Positions 8,336 to 15,253 of a stretch of 15,253 nt of DNA are shown piece after piece (within the stretch, counting starts at the first letter, position 1; every line of letters starts with the position of its first letter). The notes under the pieces are model-generated. The model saw nothing but the letters and a program-made list of their open reading frames with translations, was not told the DNA's origin and made no database searches. The stretch is taken from the IMG/VR virus record IMGVR_UViG_2778261687_000008; one strand, given 5' to 3'. A program made the translations under genes and the position numbers. Source of the stretch: a virus. Its lineage: Duplodnaviria > Heunggongvirae > Uroviricota > Caudoviricetes.

Positions 8336-8604
8336 TTAATTTGTAGTTAAAACAAAACAGGCATCGTTGATACTTTTTGGTCAGCGATGCTTACATCCTC
8401 CTCTCGGAAAACGTCGATTACTTGCAACTTTATTTTTAATTTCCAGCAGCAAGTACTAATGCACAACCTCCATTACATACTGATTTGAACATCACGAATC
8501 CCGCCTCTAGCTTAAACTACAAAGTATTACCAGAATCAATCTTATTCATAACTAAACTCCACAGACCAATTGAACATATGAATCCATATTGATATGCTAC
8601 ATCA

Positions 8605-8633
8605 CAATGTGTTAACCATTAGATAACACATTG
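8605..8633. promoter_or_regulatory. Perfect 10-bp inverted repeat with 9-bp spacer upstream of the HD-domain gene (candidate operator)
   Basis: caatgtgtta-N9-taacacattg, 62-90 nt upstream of the ATG at 8695. Its right arm overlaps a TTGAAA -35-like hexamer (8631-8636). Confidence 0.3.
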
Positions 8634-8694
8634 AAACTATAAACATCATTACTATTTAAATTTCGTATTATAACTACAGCAAAAGGAAAGCCTC

Positions 8695-10242
8695 ATGACA
8701 AACAAAAACAAACTTGAGAACTTTGAAGACTTACTTCTGGGGAAGTTTTTAGATCCCATACATGGAGTGATTCGAATAACTAAGCTAGAAAAAAAGATAA
8801 TTGACCATCCTTTATTCCAACGACTACGAGATATCAGGCAGAACACGTTTCTATATAAAGTATTTCCTTCTGCAATGCACTCTCGCTTTGAACACTCTGT
8901 CGGTGTAATGCATTTATCGTATGAAATATTAAAAAATATTGATTTAAATGCACTAATTTACAATCGAAAAAATATGGGCATTGATCTATATTTAGATATA
9001 AAAAAAATGCCTTCAAGTCTTATACAGGAGTTACGTATTGCAGCATTGTTACACGATGTTGGGCATGGCCCACTTGCCCACCAATTCGATAGTTTTGCAA
9101 TATCCGTAAAAGATTTCAAAGAAAAATGCAAAACTGAAGGAAATAAACAATACGATAAGATTATATCTTTAAGTGATAATGACAAGTTAACCCACGAACA
9201 AGTATCATGTATTTTTATTAAAGAAATTATTGAAGAATTAAAAAATGAAGCCCAAGATAAATCAAATGACGACGATGTCTATAAAGAAAACATAGCGGCT
9301 ATTAATCCAGAAAGCATTATAAAAATTGTTGATAAAAGATATGATTTTAAAAATAACATTGAGGGAGTAAATGTATATCCTTTATTAGGTTCAATCATAT
9401 CATCTTCACCTATAGATGCGGACAGAATGGACTACCTACTTAGAGATAGCTACTTCTCCGGCGTTAAATATGGGATTTATGATTATGGACGATTATTAAT
9501 GTCATTTATTCCTGTGAAAGTTGAAAATAGTGTTTACCTGGCATATAAAGAAAGTGGTATGGATTCAATACTAGAATTTGCCAATGCAAGAAGTGGGCTT
9601 TATAGTCAAGTTTATTTTCATAAGACCAATCGTGCACTATCTGCGATGCTTAACAAAGCGTGTTCTAGAAAAAAAACTGATGATGTTGTCTATTTAAAAT
9701 CTAAAAACACTCTCATTGAGTCCATCAAACACTTTTATCGTGAAAACCCAGACAAAACGTTTTTAGAAAACACTCTTAAAAACACATTAGATAAAAATTC
9801 TCAAGCTATAATTCAAGATATTGTTGATAGAAATGTTTGGAAAAAAATATATGAAAAAAAACACACGTTTTCTAATGTTAACATTTCCGACAACAGATAC
9901 AAAGAATATAAACAAAATATATCTAAGAAAATCAACAAAATCATTGAGGATAATTTAAAAGGAGATGAATGGGTTCTTGATTTTCAGATTGAAGATAACT
10001 TTAAAGATATCGATACAAGTCAAGCTAAAATAATAAAAAAAGAAACAGGCGGCAAGTATACAATAAATGATTTATGTAAGTATAACGATGTACTTCAACC
10101 CTATCACTATGTTAAATTCTTTATTCGAGTTTTTGTTTCTAAGACAACTCAACTCCAAAACACCGAAGAAATTAATGTGTTAATAAAAAAAATAGATAAA
10201 TGTCTTAATGATGAGATTGATCATATTAAAAAAGACAAGTAG
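8695..10242 (+). CDS. HD-domain dNTP triphosphohydrolase, SAMHD1/dGTPase-like (cargo gene C)
   Basis: 515 aa. Motifs DPIHG (aa 20-24), RFEHSVGV (H67), LLHDVGHGPLAH (H120-D121) and DADRMDYLLRD (aa 241-251) align with the SAMHD1-type catalytic core as I recall it. AAGGAAAG Shine-Dalgarno. Lys-rich, divergent C-terminal third. Confidence 0.85.
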   Translation: MTNKNKLENFEDLLLGKFLDPIHGVIRITKLEKKIIDHPLFQRLRDIRQNTFLYKVFPSAMHSRFEHSVGVMHLSYEILKNIDLNALIYNRKNMGIDLYLDIKKMPSSLIQELRIAALLHDVGHGPLAHQFDSFAISVKDFKEKCKTEGNKQYDKIISLSDNDKLTHEQVSCIFIKEIIEELKNEAQDKSNDDDVYKENIAAINPESIIKIVDKRYDFKNNIEGVNVYPLLGSIISSSPIDADRMDYLLRDSYFSGVKYGIYDYGRLLMSFIPVKVENSVYLAYKESGMDSILEFANARSGLYSQVYFHKTNRALSAMLNKACSRKKTDDVVYLKSKNTLIESIKHFYRENPDKTFLENTLKNTLDKNSQAIIQDIVDRNVWKKIYEKKHTFSNVNISDNRYKEYKQNISKKINKIIEDNLKGDEWVLDFQIEDNFKDIDTSQAKIIKKETGGKYTINDLCKYNDVLQPYHYVKFFIRVFVSKTTQLQNTEEINVLIKKIDKCLNDEIDHIKKDK

Positions 10243-10283
10243 AGCCCCCCTGATGTTTTAAAAAACATCTTAACTATAAACAC

Positions 10284-10318
10284 AACGCCATTAGTTACTC
10301 TCAGTAACTAGTGGCGTT
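10284..10318 (+). terminator. Long hairpin downstream of the HD-domain gene (candidate terminator or processing/stability element)
   Basis: aacgccattagttact-ctc-agtaactagtggcgtt: 16-bp stem (one G-U wobble) with a 3-nt loop, 42 nt after the stop. No U-tract. Confidence 0.35.
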
Positions 10319-10612
10319 CATGTCTAATGATTGACCCGCAGTATTATCTGGTGCTTGTCAATCAGATTTATTCATTGTTTAATACTACCTCAGCATCCTG
10401 TTATACGCTACACAACCATTATTACTCATCCTTTGAGTTACATTTAATATCTAAAATATTTTTGTGTTAATCAATGTGTGGATATATTCCCTACTAATTC
10501 ACTAATTCATACAGCACCAAGCTAGAAACATTGTTATAGTTCCCCGCACAAAGCAAACCATTAAATTTGATTGGATGTTTTCGAGATAACCATCAAATCA
10601 AGTAATAACTAA

Positions 10613-10894
10613 TCACCCATATACCGCCAACACCCGCTTCATCGCGGCACTCTGGCGACACTCCTTAAAAATCAGGTTCGTGCTCACCTTTCCTTCCCGT
10701 TCTTCTCTGGTAGCGAACCGGTAATACACCGTTCGCCAGACCTTACCATCAATGACCAGGATTCCTGCCCGCGCCATTTTAGCTGCTGCCTGATTTATGC
10801 AGGTTACTGTCACACCTGTTGCCGCAGCAACGTCCTGCGCACAGAAGCTCTTGTGCGTCTCCAGATAATGAATAATTACCTCTTTGCCCGTCAT
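10613..10894 (-). CDS. ren: Ren-like protein (lambda ren homologue)
   Basis: 93 aa, near-identical to my recollection of lambda Ren. ATGA overlap with the P stop. Confidence 0.8.
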   Translation of the reverse strand: MTGKEVIIHYLETHKSFCAQDVAAATGVTVTCINQAAAKMARAGILVIDGKVWRTVYYRFATREEREGKVSTNLIFKECRQSAAMKRVLAVYG

Positions 10895-11592
10895 ACAGTT
10901 GCTCCTTTCAGTCCGAACTTCGCTTTGATTTCTGCGATCTTCGCCAGAGCCTGTGCACGATTTAGAGGTCTACCGCCCATGACAGGAAGTTGTTTTACTG
11001 GTTCAGGTATCGCCTCACCACGGTTAATTCGCGCGGTCATACAAGTCAGTTCATCGGCAGCCTTGCGCCGTAATTCCGCATCAGTAAGCGCATTGGCCCG
11101 CATGTTCTGGTACAGGTTGGTAACCAGCCAGTAGTGCGCGTTTGATTTCCACGGATAAGACTCTGCATCCGGATACAGGCCACGCTTCCGACAATACTCA
11201 TAGACCATATCAACCAGCTCGCTGACGTTTGGCAGCCCGGCGTTAACGGATGCTTCTTCCCGGCACCAGGCAACAAACTGCCCGGGTGATGGCAGGAATG
11301 GTCGATTCTGCCGACGGGCTACGCGCATTCCTGCGTTAACCTGTTCCATTGTGGTGATCCCGTTTTCCCGGAAAGCCAGCACCCACTGGCGGCGGATTTC
11401 GTTCAGTTCGTTCTGGTCCCGGTTAGCCAGGCTCGCCGGGAAAGTTGCCAGTAACTGGCTGAACACACCATTGATGATCTGCGCTACCTGTTGTACCTGC
11501 GGCTTTTCGTCGTACTGTTCCGGCATGTTGTTGGCGATCCGGCGCATCTGCTCACGGTCAAAGTTAACCATCTGTGCGGCGATGTTTTTCAT
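10891..11592 (-). CDS. P: Replication protein P (DnaB helicase loader), lambda P-like
   Basis: 233 aa, near-identical to lambda P as recalled. Start overlaps the O-fragment stop (ATGA). Confidence 0.9.
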   Translation of the reverse strand: MKNIAAQMVNFDREQMRRIANNMPEQYDEKPQVQQVAQIINGVFSQLLATFPASLANRDQNELNEIRRQWVLAFRENGITTMEQVNAGMRVARRQNRPFLPSPGQFVAWCREEASVNAGLPNVSELVDMVYEYCRKRGLYPDAESYPWKSNAHYWLVTNLYQNMRANALTDAELRRKAADELTCMTARINRGEAIPEPVKQLPVMGGRPLNRAQALAKIAEIKAKFGLKGATV

Positions 11593-11786
11593 AGCTCCAC
11601 CCCGTAAATCCAGTCAGTGTTCGTCAGGTCGAGTTTTGGTTTGCCGGCTGTCACGCCAGCCTGTTGCTTGTTTCGGTTGATTTCGAGCTGGGTCCACTTG
11701 TCGCGGAGTTTGGCCGGACTCAGCACGTTACCGGACCAGAAGTTGTCCTGGCATGCCCAGCGGAACAGTACACACATGTCGCGGTG
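11589..11786 (-). pseudogene. O: C-terminal fragment of replication initiator O (N-terminal origin-binding part absent)
   Basis: The frame ends ...FWSGNVLSPAKLRDKWTQLEINRNKQQAGVTAGKPKLDLTNTDWIYGVEL, matching the lambda O C-terminus. Upstream residues of the ORF are antisense to exo and not O-like. The upper boundary is approximate. Confidence 0.7.
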
Positions 11787-11787
11787 G

Positions 11788-11829
11788 TTCCTGAAACAGA
11801 AAGCCACTGAGCAGAAGGTGGCAGCATGA
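11788..11829 (+). pseudogene. bet: 3' remnant of bet (Red-beta) fused at a deletion junction
   Basis: Last about 13 codons encode [13 protein letters not shown] with the stop overlapping the exo ATG (ATGA), matching the lambda Bet C-terminus as recalled. Nothing Bet-like lies further upstream. Confidence 0.5.
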
Positions 11830-12506
11830 CACCGGACATTATCCTGCAGCGTACCGGGATCGACGTGAGAGCTGTCGAACAGGGGGATGATGCATGGCAC
11901 AAATTACGGCTCGGCGTCATCACCGCTTCAGAAGTTCACAACGTGATAGCAAAGCCCCGCTCAGGAAAGAAGTGGCCTGACATGAAAATGTCCTACTTCC
12001 ACACCCTGCTGGCTGAGGTTTGCACCGGTGTGGCTCCGGAAGTTAATGCTAAGGCGCTGGCCTGGGGAAAACAGTACGAGAACGACGCCAGAACCCTGTT
12101 TGAATTCACTTCCGGCGTGAATGTTACTGAATCCCCGATCATCTATCGCGACGAAAGTATGCGCACCGCCTGCTCTCCAGATGGTTTATGCAGTGACGGC
12201 AACGGCCTTGAACTGAAATGCCCGTTTACCTCCCGGGATTTCATGAAATTCCGGCTCGGTGGTTTTGAGGCAATAAAATCGGCTTACATGGCCCAGGTGC
12301 AGTACAGCATGTGGGTGACGCGAAAAGATGCCTGGTACTTTGCCAACTATGACCCGCGCATGAAGCGTGAAGGCCTGCATTATGTCGTGATTGAGCGGGA
12401 TGAAAAGTACATAGCGAGTTTTGACGAGATGGTGCCGGAGTTCATCGAAAAAATGGACGAGGCACTGGCTGAAATTGGTTTTGTATTTGGGGAGCAATGG
12501 CGATGA
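11826..12506 (+). CDS. exo: Lambda-type exonuclease (Red-alpha / Exo)
   Basis: 226 aa, near-identical to lambda Exo as recalled. Appears full-length. Confidence 0.9.
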   Translation: MTPDIILQRTGIDVRAVEQGDDAWHKLRLGVITASEVHNVIAKPRSGKKWPDMKMSYFHTLLAEVCTGVAPEVNAKALAWGKQYENDARTLFEFTSGVNVTESPIIYRDESMRTACSPDGLCSDGNGLELKCPFTSRDFMKFRLGGFEAIKSAYMAQVQYSMWVTRKDAWYFANYDPRMKREGLHYVVIERDEKYIASFDEMVPEFIEKMDEALAEIGFVFGEQWR

Positions 12507-12685
12507 CGCATCCTCACGATAATATCCGGGTAGGCGCGATCACTTTCGTCTACTCCATTACAAAGCGAGGCTGGGTATTTCCCGGCCTTTCTGTTATCAG
12601 AAATCCACTGAAAGCACAGCGGCTGGCTGAGAAGATAAATAATAAACGGGGGGCTGTATGCATAAAGCATCTCCCGTTGAGTTAA
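12503..12685 (+). CDS. Small phage protein, lambda orf60a-like (60 aa)
   Basis: ATG overlaps the exo stop (ATGA). Size and position match lambda orf60a. Confidence 0.55.
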   Translation: MTHPHDNIRVGAITFVYSITKRGWVFPGLSVIRNPLKAQRLAEKINNKRGAVCIKHLPLS

Positions 12686-12849
12686 GAACGAGTATCGAGA
12701 TGGCACATAGCCTCGCTCAAATTGGAGTCAGGTTTGTGCCAATACCAGTAGAAACAGACGAAGAATTTCATACGTTAGCCGCATCCCTTTCACAAAAGCT
12801 GGAAATGATGGTGGCGAAAGCAGAAGCAGATGAGAGAGACCAGGTATGA
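12658..12849 (+). CDS. Small phage protein, lambda orf63-like (63 aa)
   Basis: 63-aa [26 protein letters not shown]..., at the lambda orf63 position. It overlaps the preceding ORF by 28 nt in another frame. Confidence 0.55.
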   Translation: MHKASPVELRTSIEMAHSLAQIGVRFVPIPVETDEEFHTLAASLSQKLEMMVAKAEADERDQV

Positions 12850-12929
12850 CAACCACTGAATGCATTTTTCTGGCAGCGGGCTTCATATTCTGTGTGCTTA
12901 TGCTTGCCGACATGGGACTTGTTCAATGA
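12846..12929 (+). CDS. Putative 27-aa hydrophobic micro-protein (translationally coupled on both sides)
   Basis: Manually translated MTTTECIFLAAGFIFCVLMLADMGLVQ. Its start overlaps the orf63-like stop (ATGA) and its stop overlaps the next ORF's ATG (ATGA). Speculative. Confidence 0.3.
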   Translation: MTTTECIFLAAGFIFCVLMLADMGLVQ

Positions 12930-13141
12930 CACCTCAGCAGGAAAACGCCCTTCGCAGCATTGCCCGTCAGGCTAATTCTGAAATCAAAAAAGCCAGACAG
13001 CAGTTTCCGGATAAAAACGTCGATGACATTTGCCGTAGCGTACTGAAGAAGCACCGCGAAACGGTAACGCTGATGGGATTCACACCGACTCATTTAAGCC
13101 TGGCGATCGGCATGTTAAACGGCTTCTTTAAGGAGCGATGA
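12926..13141 (+). CDS. Hypothetical phage early-left region protein (71 aa)
   Basis: ORF from ATG 12926 (MTPQQENALRSIARQANSEIKK...). The ORF track's longer version from 12860 overlaps the micro-ORF. Followed by a terminator-like hairpin. Confidence 0.5.
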   Translation: MTPQQENALRSIARQANSEIKKARQQFPDKNVDDICRSVLKKHRETVTLMGFTPTHLSLAIGMLNGFFKER

Positions 13142-13161
13142 ACATGAAAAGCAAAATCATC

Positions 13162-13185
13162 AGGGAGCTACAGGCTCCTTTTTTA
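13162..13185 (+). terminator. Candidate rho-independent terminator
   Basis: a-gggagc-tacag-gctcct followed by TTTTTT, about 20 nt after the stop at 13141. Confidence 0.45.
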
Positions 13186-13239
13186 TTATTCGCATTCACC
13201 CTCAAGCGTATTAACCAACAATTCAGGGATTAATGGAAG

Positions 13240-13458
13240 ATGGCAGACATCATTGATTCAGCATCAGAAATCGAAGAATTACAGCGCAATACAGCAATAA
13301 AAATGCGTCGTCTGAACCACCAGGCTATATCTGCCACTCATTGTTGTAAGTGTGGCGATCCCATAGATGAACGAAGACGCCTGGCCGTTCAGGGTTGTCG
13401 GACTTGTGCAAGTTGCCAGGAGGAGATCGAACTTAAGAACAAACAATGGGGATTGTGA
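13240..13458 (+). CDS. TraR/DksA-family C4 zinc-finger protein (lambda orf73-like)
   Basis: 72 aa. Cys pairs CCKCG...CRTCASC with the spacing typical of DksA/TraR zinc fingers. Acidic N-terminal helix. Confidence 0.7.
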   Translation: MADIIDSASEIEELQRNTAIKMRRLNHQAISATHCCKCGDPIDERRRLAVQGCRTCASCQEEIELKNKQWGL

Positions 13459-13505
13459 TGGCCTCAAAGCAGCAAATTTCAACATCGTCCAACTGAGGTG
13501 TAAAA

Positions 13506-13745
13506 ATGTTCAGAATCATTTTTCCTGACACCTGGTACGTCGACCACCACGGCACTCCCTGCAAAATCCTGCGTTCTACCCACAACAAAGTTCACTACAT
13601 CCGAAAAGGCAGAACATGTATCGCCAGCATGTTCCGCTTTAATCATGACTTTGAACCTGTGAATAAAGCTGATGCAGATCGGATAGCAGAAGAGATCGAA
13701 ACGGCAGAACACATTAAGAAGTTACGTGCCATACGCAGGAAATAG
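13506..13745 (+). CDS. Hypothetical protein (79 aa)
   Basis: ORF track only; GAGG about 8 nt upstream. No recognised motifs. Confidence 0.4.
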   Translation: MFRIIFPDTWYVDHHGTPCKILRSTHNKVHYIRKGRTCIASMFRFNHDFEPVNKADADRIAEEIETAEHIKKLRAIRRK

Positions 13746-13884
13746 AAAAATTGATAAATTCAATACTGCATTTCTCAGCATTAAATTTATCTCTATGACC
13801 AGTCAAGAGATGTACCTGCCATGAGCTTAATATCATGTCAGATATATCGGTCACAAACTCCCTCAGCAGCTAAGAGGAGGACAA

Positions 13885-14121
13885 ATGTCTCGACTAATCA
13901 CTTTACAGGACTGGGCTAAAGAAGAATTTGGGGACTTAGCACCAAGTGAGCGAGTTCTGAAAAAATACGCGCAAGGGAAAATGATGGCCCCACCCGCTAT
14001 AAAAGTTGGTCGCTACTGGATGATTGACCGAAATTCCCGTTTTGTAGGAACGCTGGCAGAACCGCAACTCCCAATAAACGCAAACCCAAAACTCCAACGG
14101 ATAATCGCTGATGGCTGCTAG
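13885..14121 (+). CDS. xis: Putative excisionase / recombination directionality factor
   Basis: 78-aa ORF with strong AAGAGGAGG Shine-Dalgarno. Ends 11 nt inside the integrase ORF, the typical xis-int arrangement. Not lambda-Xis-like in sequence. Confidence 0.55.
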   Translation: MSRLITLQDWAKEEFGDLAPSERVLKKYAQGKMMAPPAIKVGRYWMIDRNSRFVGTLAEPQLPINANPKLQRIIADGC

Positions 14122-15253
14122 ACCCCGATCTCACAAAATCTCTATACCCAATTTATATTGCAAATTAGATAAGCGAACCGGAAAGGTATATTGGCAATAC
14201 AAACATCCACTATCCGGTCGTTTTCATAGCTTAGGAACTGATGAGAATGAAGCAAAACAAGTTGCTACTGAAGCAAATACCATTATTGCTGAACAACGTA
14301 CCAGACAAATATTAAGCGTCAATGAGCGTCTGGAAAGAATGAAAGGCAGGCGCTCAGACATTACGGTGACAGAATGGCTTGATAAATATATTTCTATCCA
14401 GGAGGACAGGCTGCAACATAATGAACTAAGACCCAACTCCTATCGGCAAAAAGGCAAACCCATTCGTCTTTTCCGTGAGCATTGTGGAATGCAACACCTC
14501 AAGGATATTACCGCACTTGATATTGCCGAAATAATTGATGCTGTAAAGGCTGAAGGTCATAACAGGATGGCGCAAGTCGTGAGAATGGTGTTGATCGACG
14601 TCTTCAAAGAAGCACAACACGCAGGACATGTTCCGCCAGGATTTAACCCAGCGCAGGCAACAAAACAACCGCGAAATCGAGTAAACCGCCAAAGATTGTC
14701 ACTGCCCGAATGGCAGGCAATATTTGAAAGCGTAAGCAGACGGCAGCCCTATTTAAAATGCGGCATGCTACTTGCTCTTGTTACTGGACAACGTTTAGGC
14801 GATATCTGCAATTTGAAATTCTCTGATATATGGGACGACATGTTGCACATTACTCAGGAAAAAACCGGTTCAAAACTTGCTATTCCGCTTAACCTGAAAT
14901 GCGATGCTCTGAATATTACCCTTCGTGAAGTTATATCTCAGTGCAGGGATGCTGTTGTTAGTAAATATCTGGTCCATTACCGTCACACTACCTCTCAAGC
15001 AAACAGAGGAGACCAGGTTTCTGCAAATACTCTGACAACGGCTTTTAAAAAGGCCAGGGAAAAATGTGGCATAAAATGGGAGCAAGGAACTGCGCCCACA
15101 TTTCATGAGCAGCGATCTCTGTCAGAACGGTTATATCGGGAACAGGGTCTGGATACGCAAAAGTTGTTAGGCCATAAATCCAGAAAAATGACCGACCGAT
15201 ACAATGATGATCGTGGTAAAGACTGGGTTATCGTAGATATCAAAACAGCATAG
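14111..15253 (+). CDS. int: Phage integrase, tyrosine recombinase family
   Basis: 380 aa. C-terminal catalytic pattern: Arg box, HEQRS (HxxR), LLGHKS and Tyr in DRYNDD. Stop TAG is at the last bases of the window, so att sites are expected outside it. Confidence 0.9.
   Translation: MAARPRSHKISIPNLYCKLDKRTGKVYWQYKHPLSGRFHSLGTDENEAKQVATEANTIIAEQRTRQILSVNERLERMKGRRSDITVTEWLDKYISIQEDRLQHNELRPNSYRQKGKPIRLFREHCGMQHLKDITALDIAEIIDAVKAEGHNRMAQVVRMVLIDVFKEAQHAGHVPPGFNPAQATKQPRNRVNRQRLSLPEWQAIFESVSRRQPYLKCGMLLALVTGQRLGDICNLKFSDIWDDMLHITQEKTGSKLAIPLNLKCDALNITLREVISQCRDAVVSKYLVHYRHTTSQANRGDQVSANTLTTAFKKAREKCGIKWEQGTAPTFHEQRSLSERLYREQGLDTQKLLGHKSRKMTDRYNDDRGKDWVIVDIKTA

Noticed and set aside
8370-8400. 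gcatcg...cgatgc inverted repeat after gene B as a possible terminator
   Set aside because: 6-bp arms separated by an 18-nt loop with no U-tract; too weak to call.
10853-11680. ORFs on both strands inside the P gene (10853-11134 +, 11046-11276 -, 11351-11680 +), 11617-11829 + and 11720-11923 -
   Set aside because: P is near-identical to lambda P so these are shadows. Only the last 13 codons of 11617-11829 are meaningful, as the bet remnant.
12186-12706. Minus-strand ORFs of 103 and 108 aa
   Set aside because: Antisense to exo and the orf60a-like ORF.
13144-13236. 30-aa plus-strand ORF starting at ATG 13144
   Set aside because: It runs straight through the terminator-like hairpin and T-run at 13162-13185 and has no ribosome-binding site; more likely untranslated.
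14224-15106. Minus-strand ORFs of 70, 88 and 78 aa inside the integrase gene
   Set aside because: Antisense shadows of a full-length tyrosine recombinase ORF.
1-15253. CRISPR arrays, tRNA/tmRNA genes, IS elements or att sites
   Set aside because: I found no regularly spaced direct repeats, no cloverleaf-like tRNA candidates and no terminal inverted repeats with a transposase. Integrase ends at the window edge, so attachment sites probably lie outside the window.

Overview
This window reads as a DLP12-type cryptic lambdoid prophage from an E. coli-like host, identified by recalled protein identity and gene order rather than by any search. On the minus strand (left to right) are ybcW, the Rz/Rz1 spanins, a SAR endolysin and pinholin, Q, ylcG, rusA, ybcO, ninE, ninB, ylcH, and then ren, P and an O fragment. 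On the plus strand are ybcV, bor, an intact nmpC-type porin, and the recombination/integration block (exo, orf60a/orf63-like ORFs, a TraR-like zinc finger, xis, int). The immunity region is missing: a bet 3' remnant abuts a C-terminal O fragment at about 11786-11788. The most interesting part is an AT-rich, opposite-strand cargo island of about 4 kb (roughly 6505-10612) between ninB/ylcH and ren. It encodes a membrane-anchored coiled-coil protein, a GIY-YIG/T5orf172-like nuclease-domain protein in the same frame separated by a single amber codon, and a 515-aa SAMHD1-like HD-domain dNTP triphosphohydrolase. I read this as a candidate anti-phage defence island; I do not recognise it as a named system. 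Other points: rusA has a frame discontinuity at its N-terminus, and several hairpins are candidate terminators or operators. All coordinates come from manual reading of the sequence and the ORF track.
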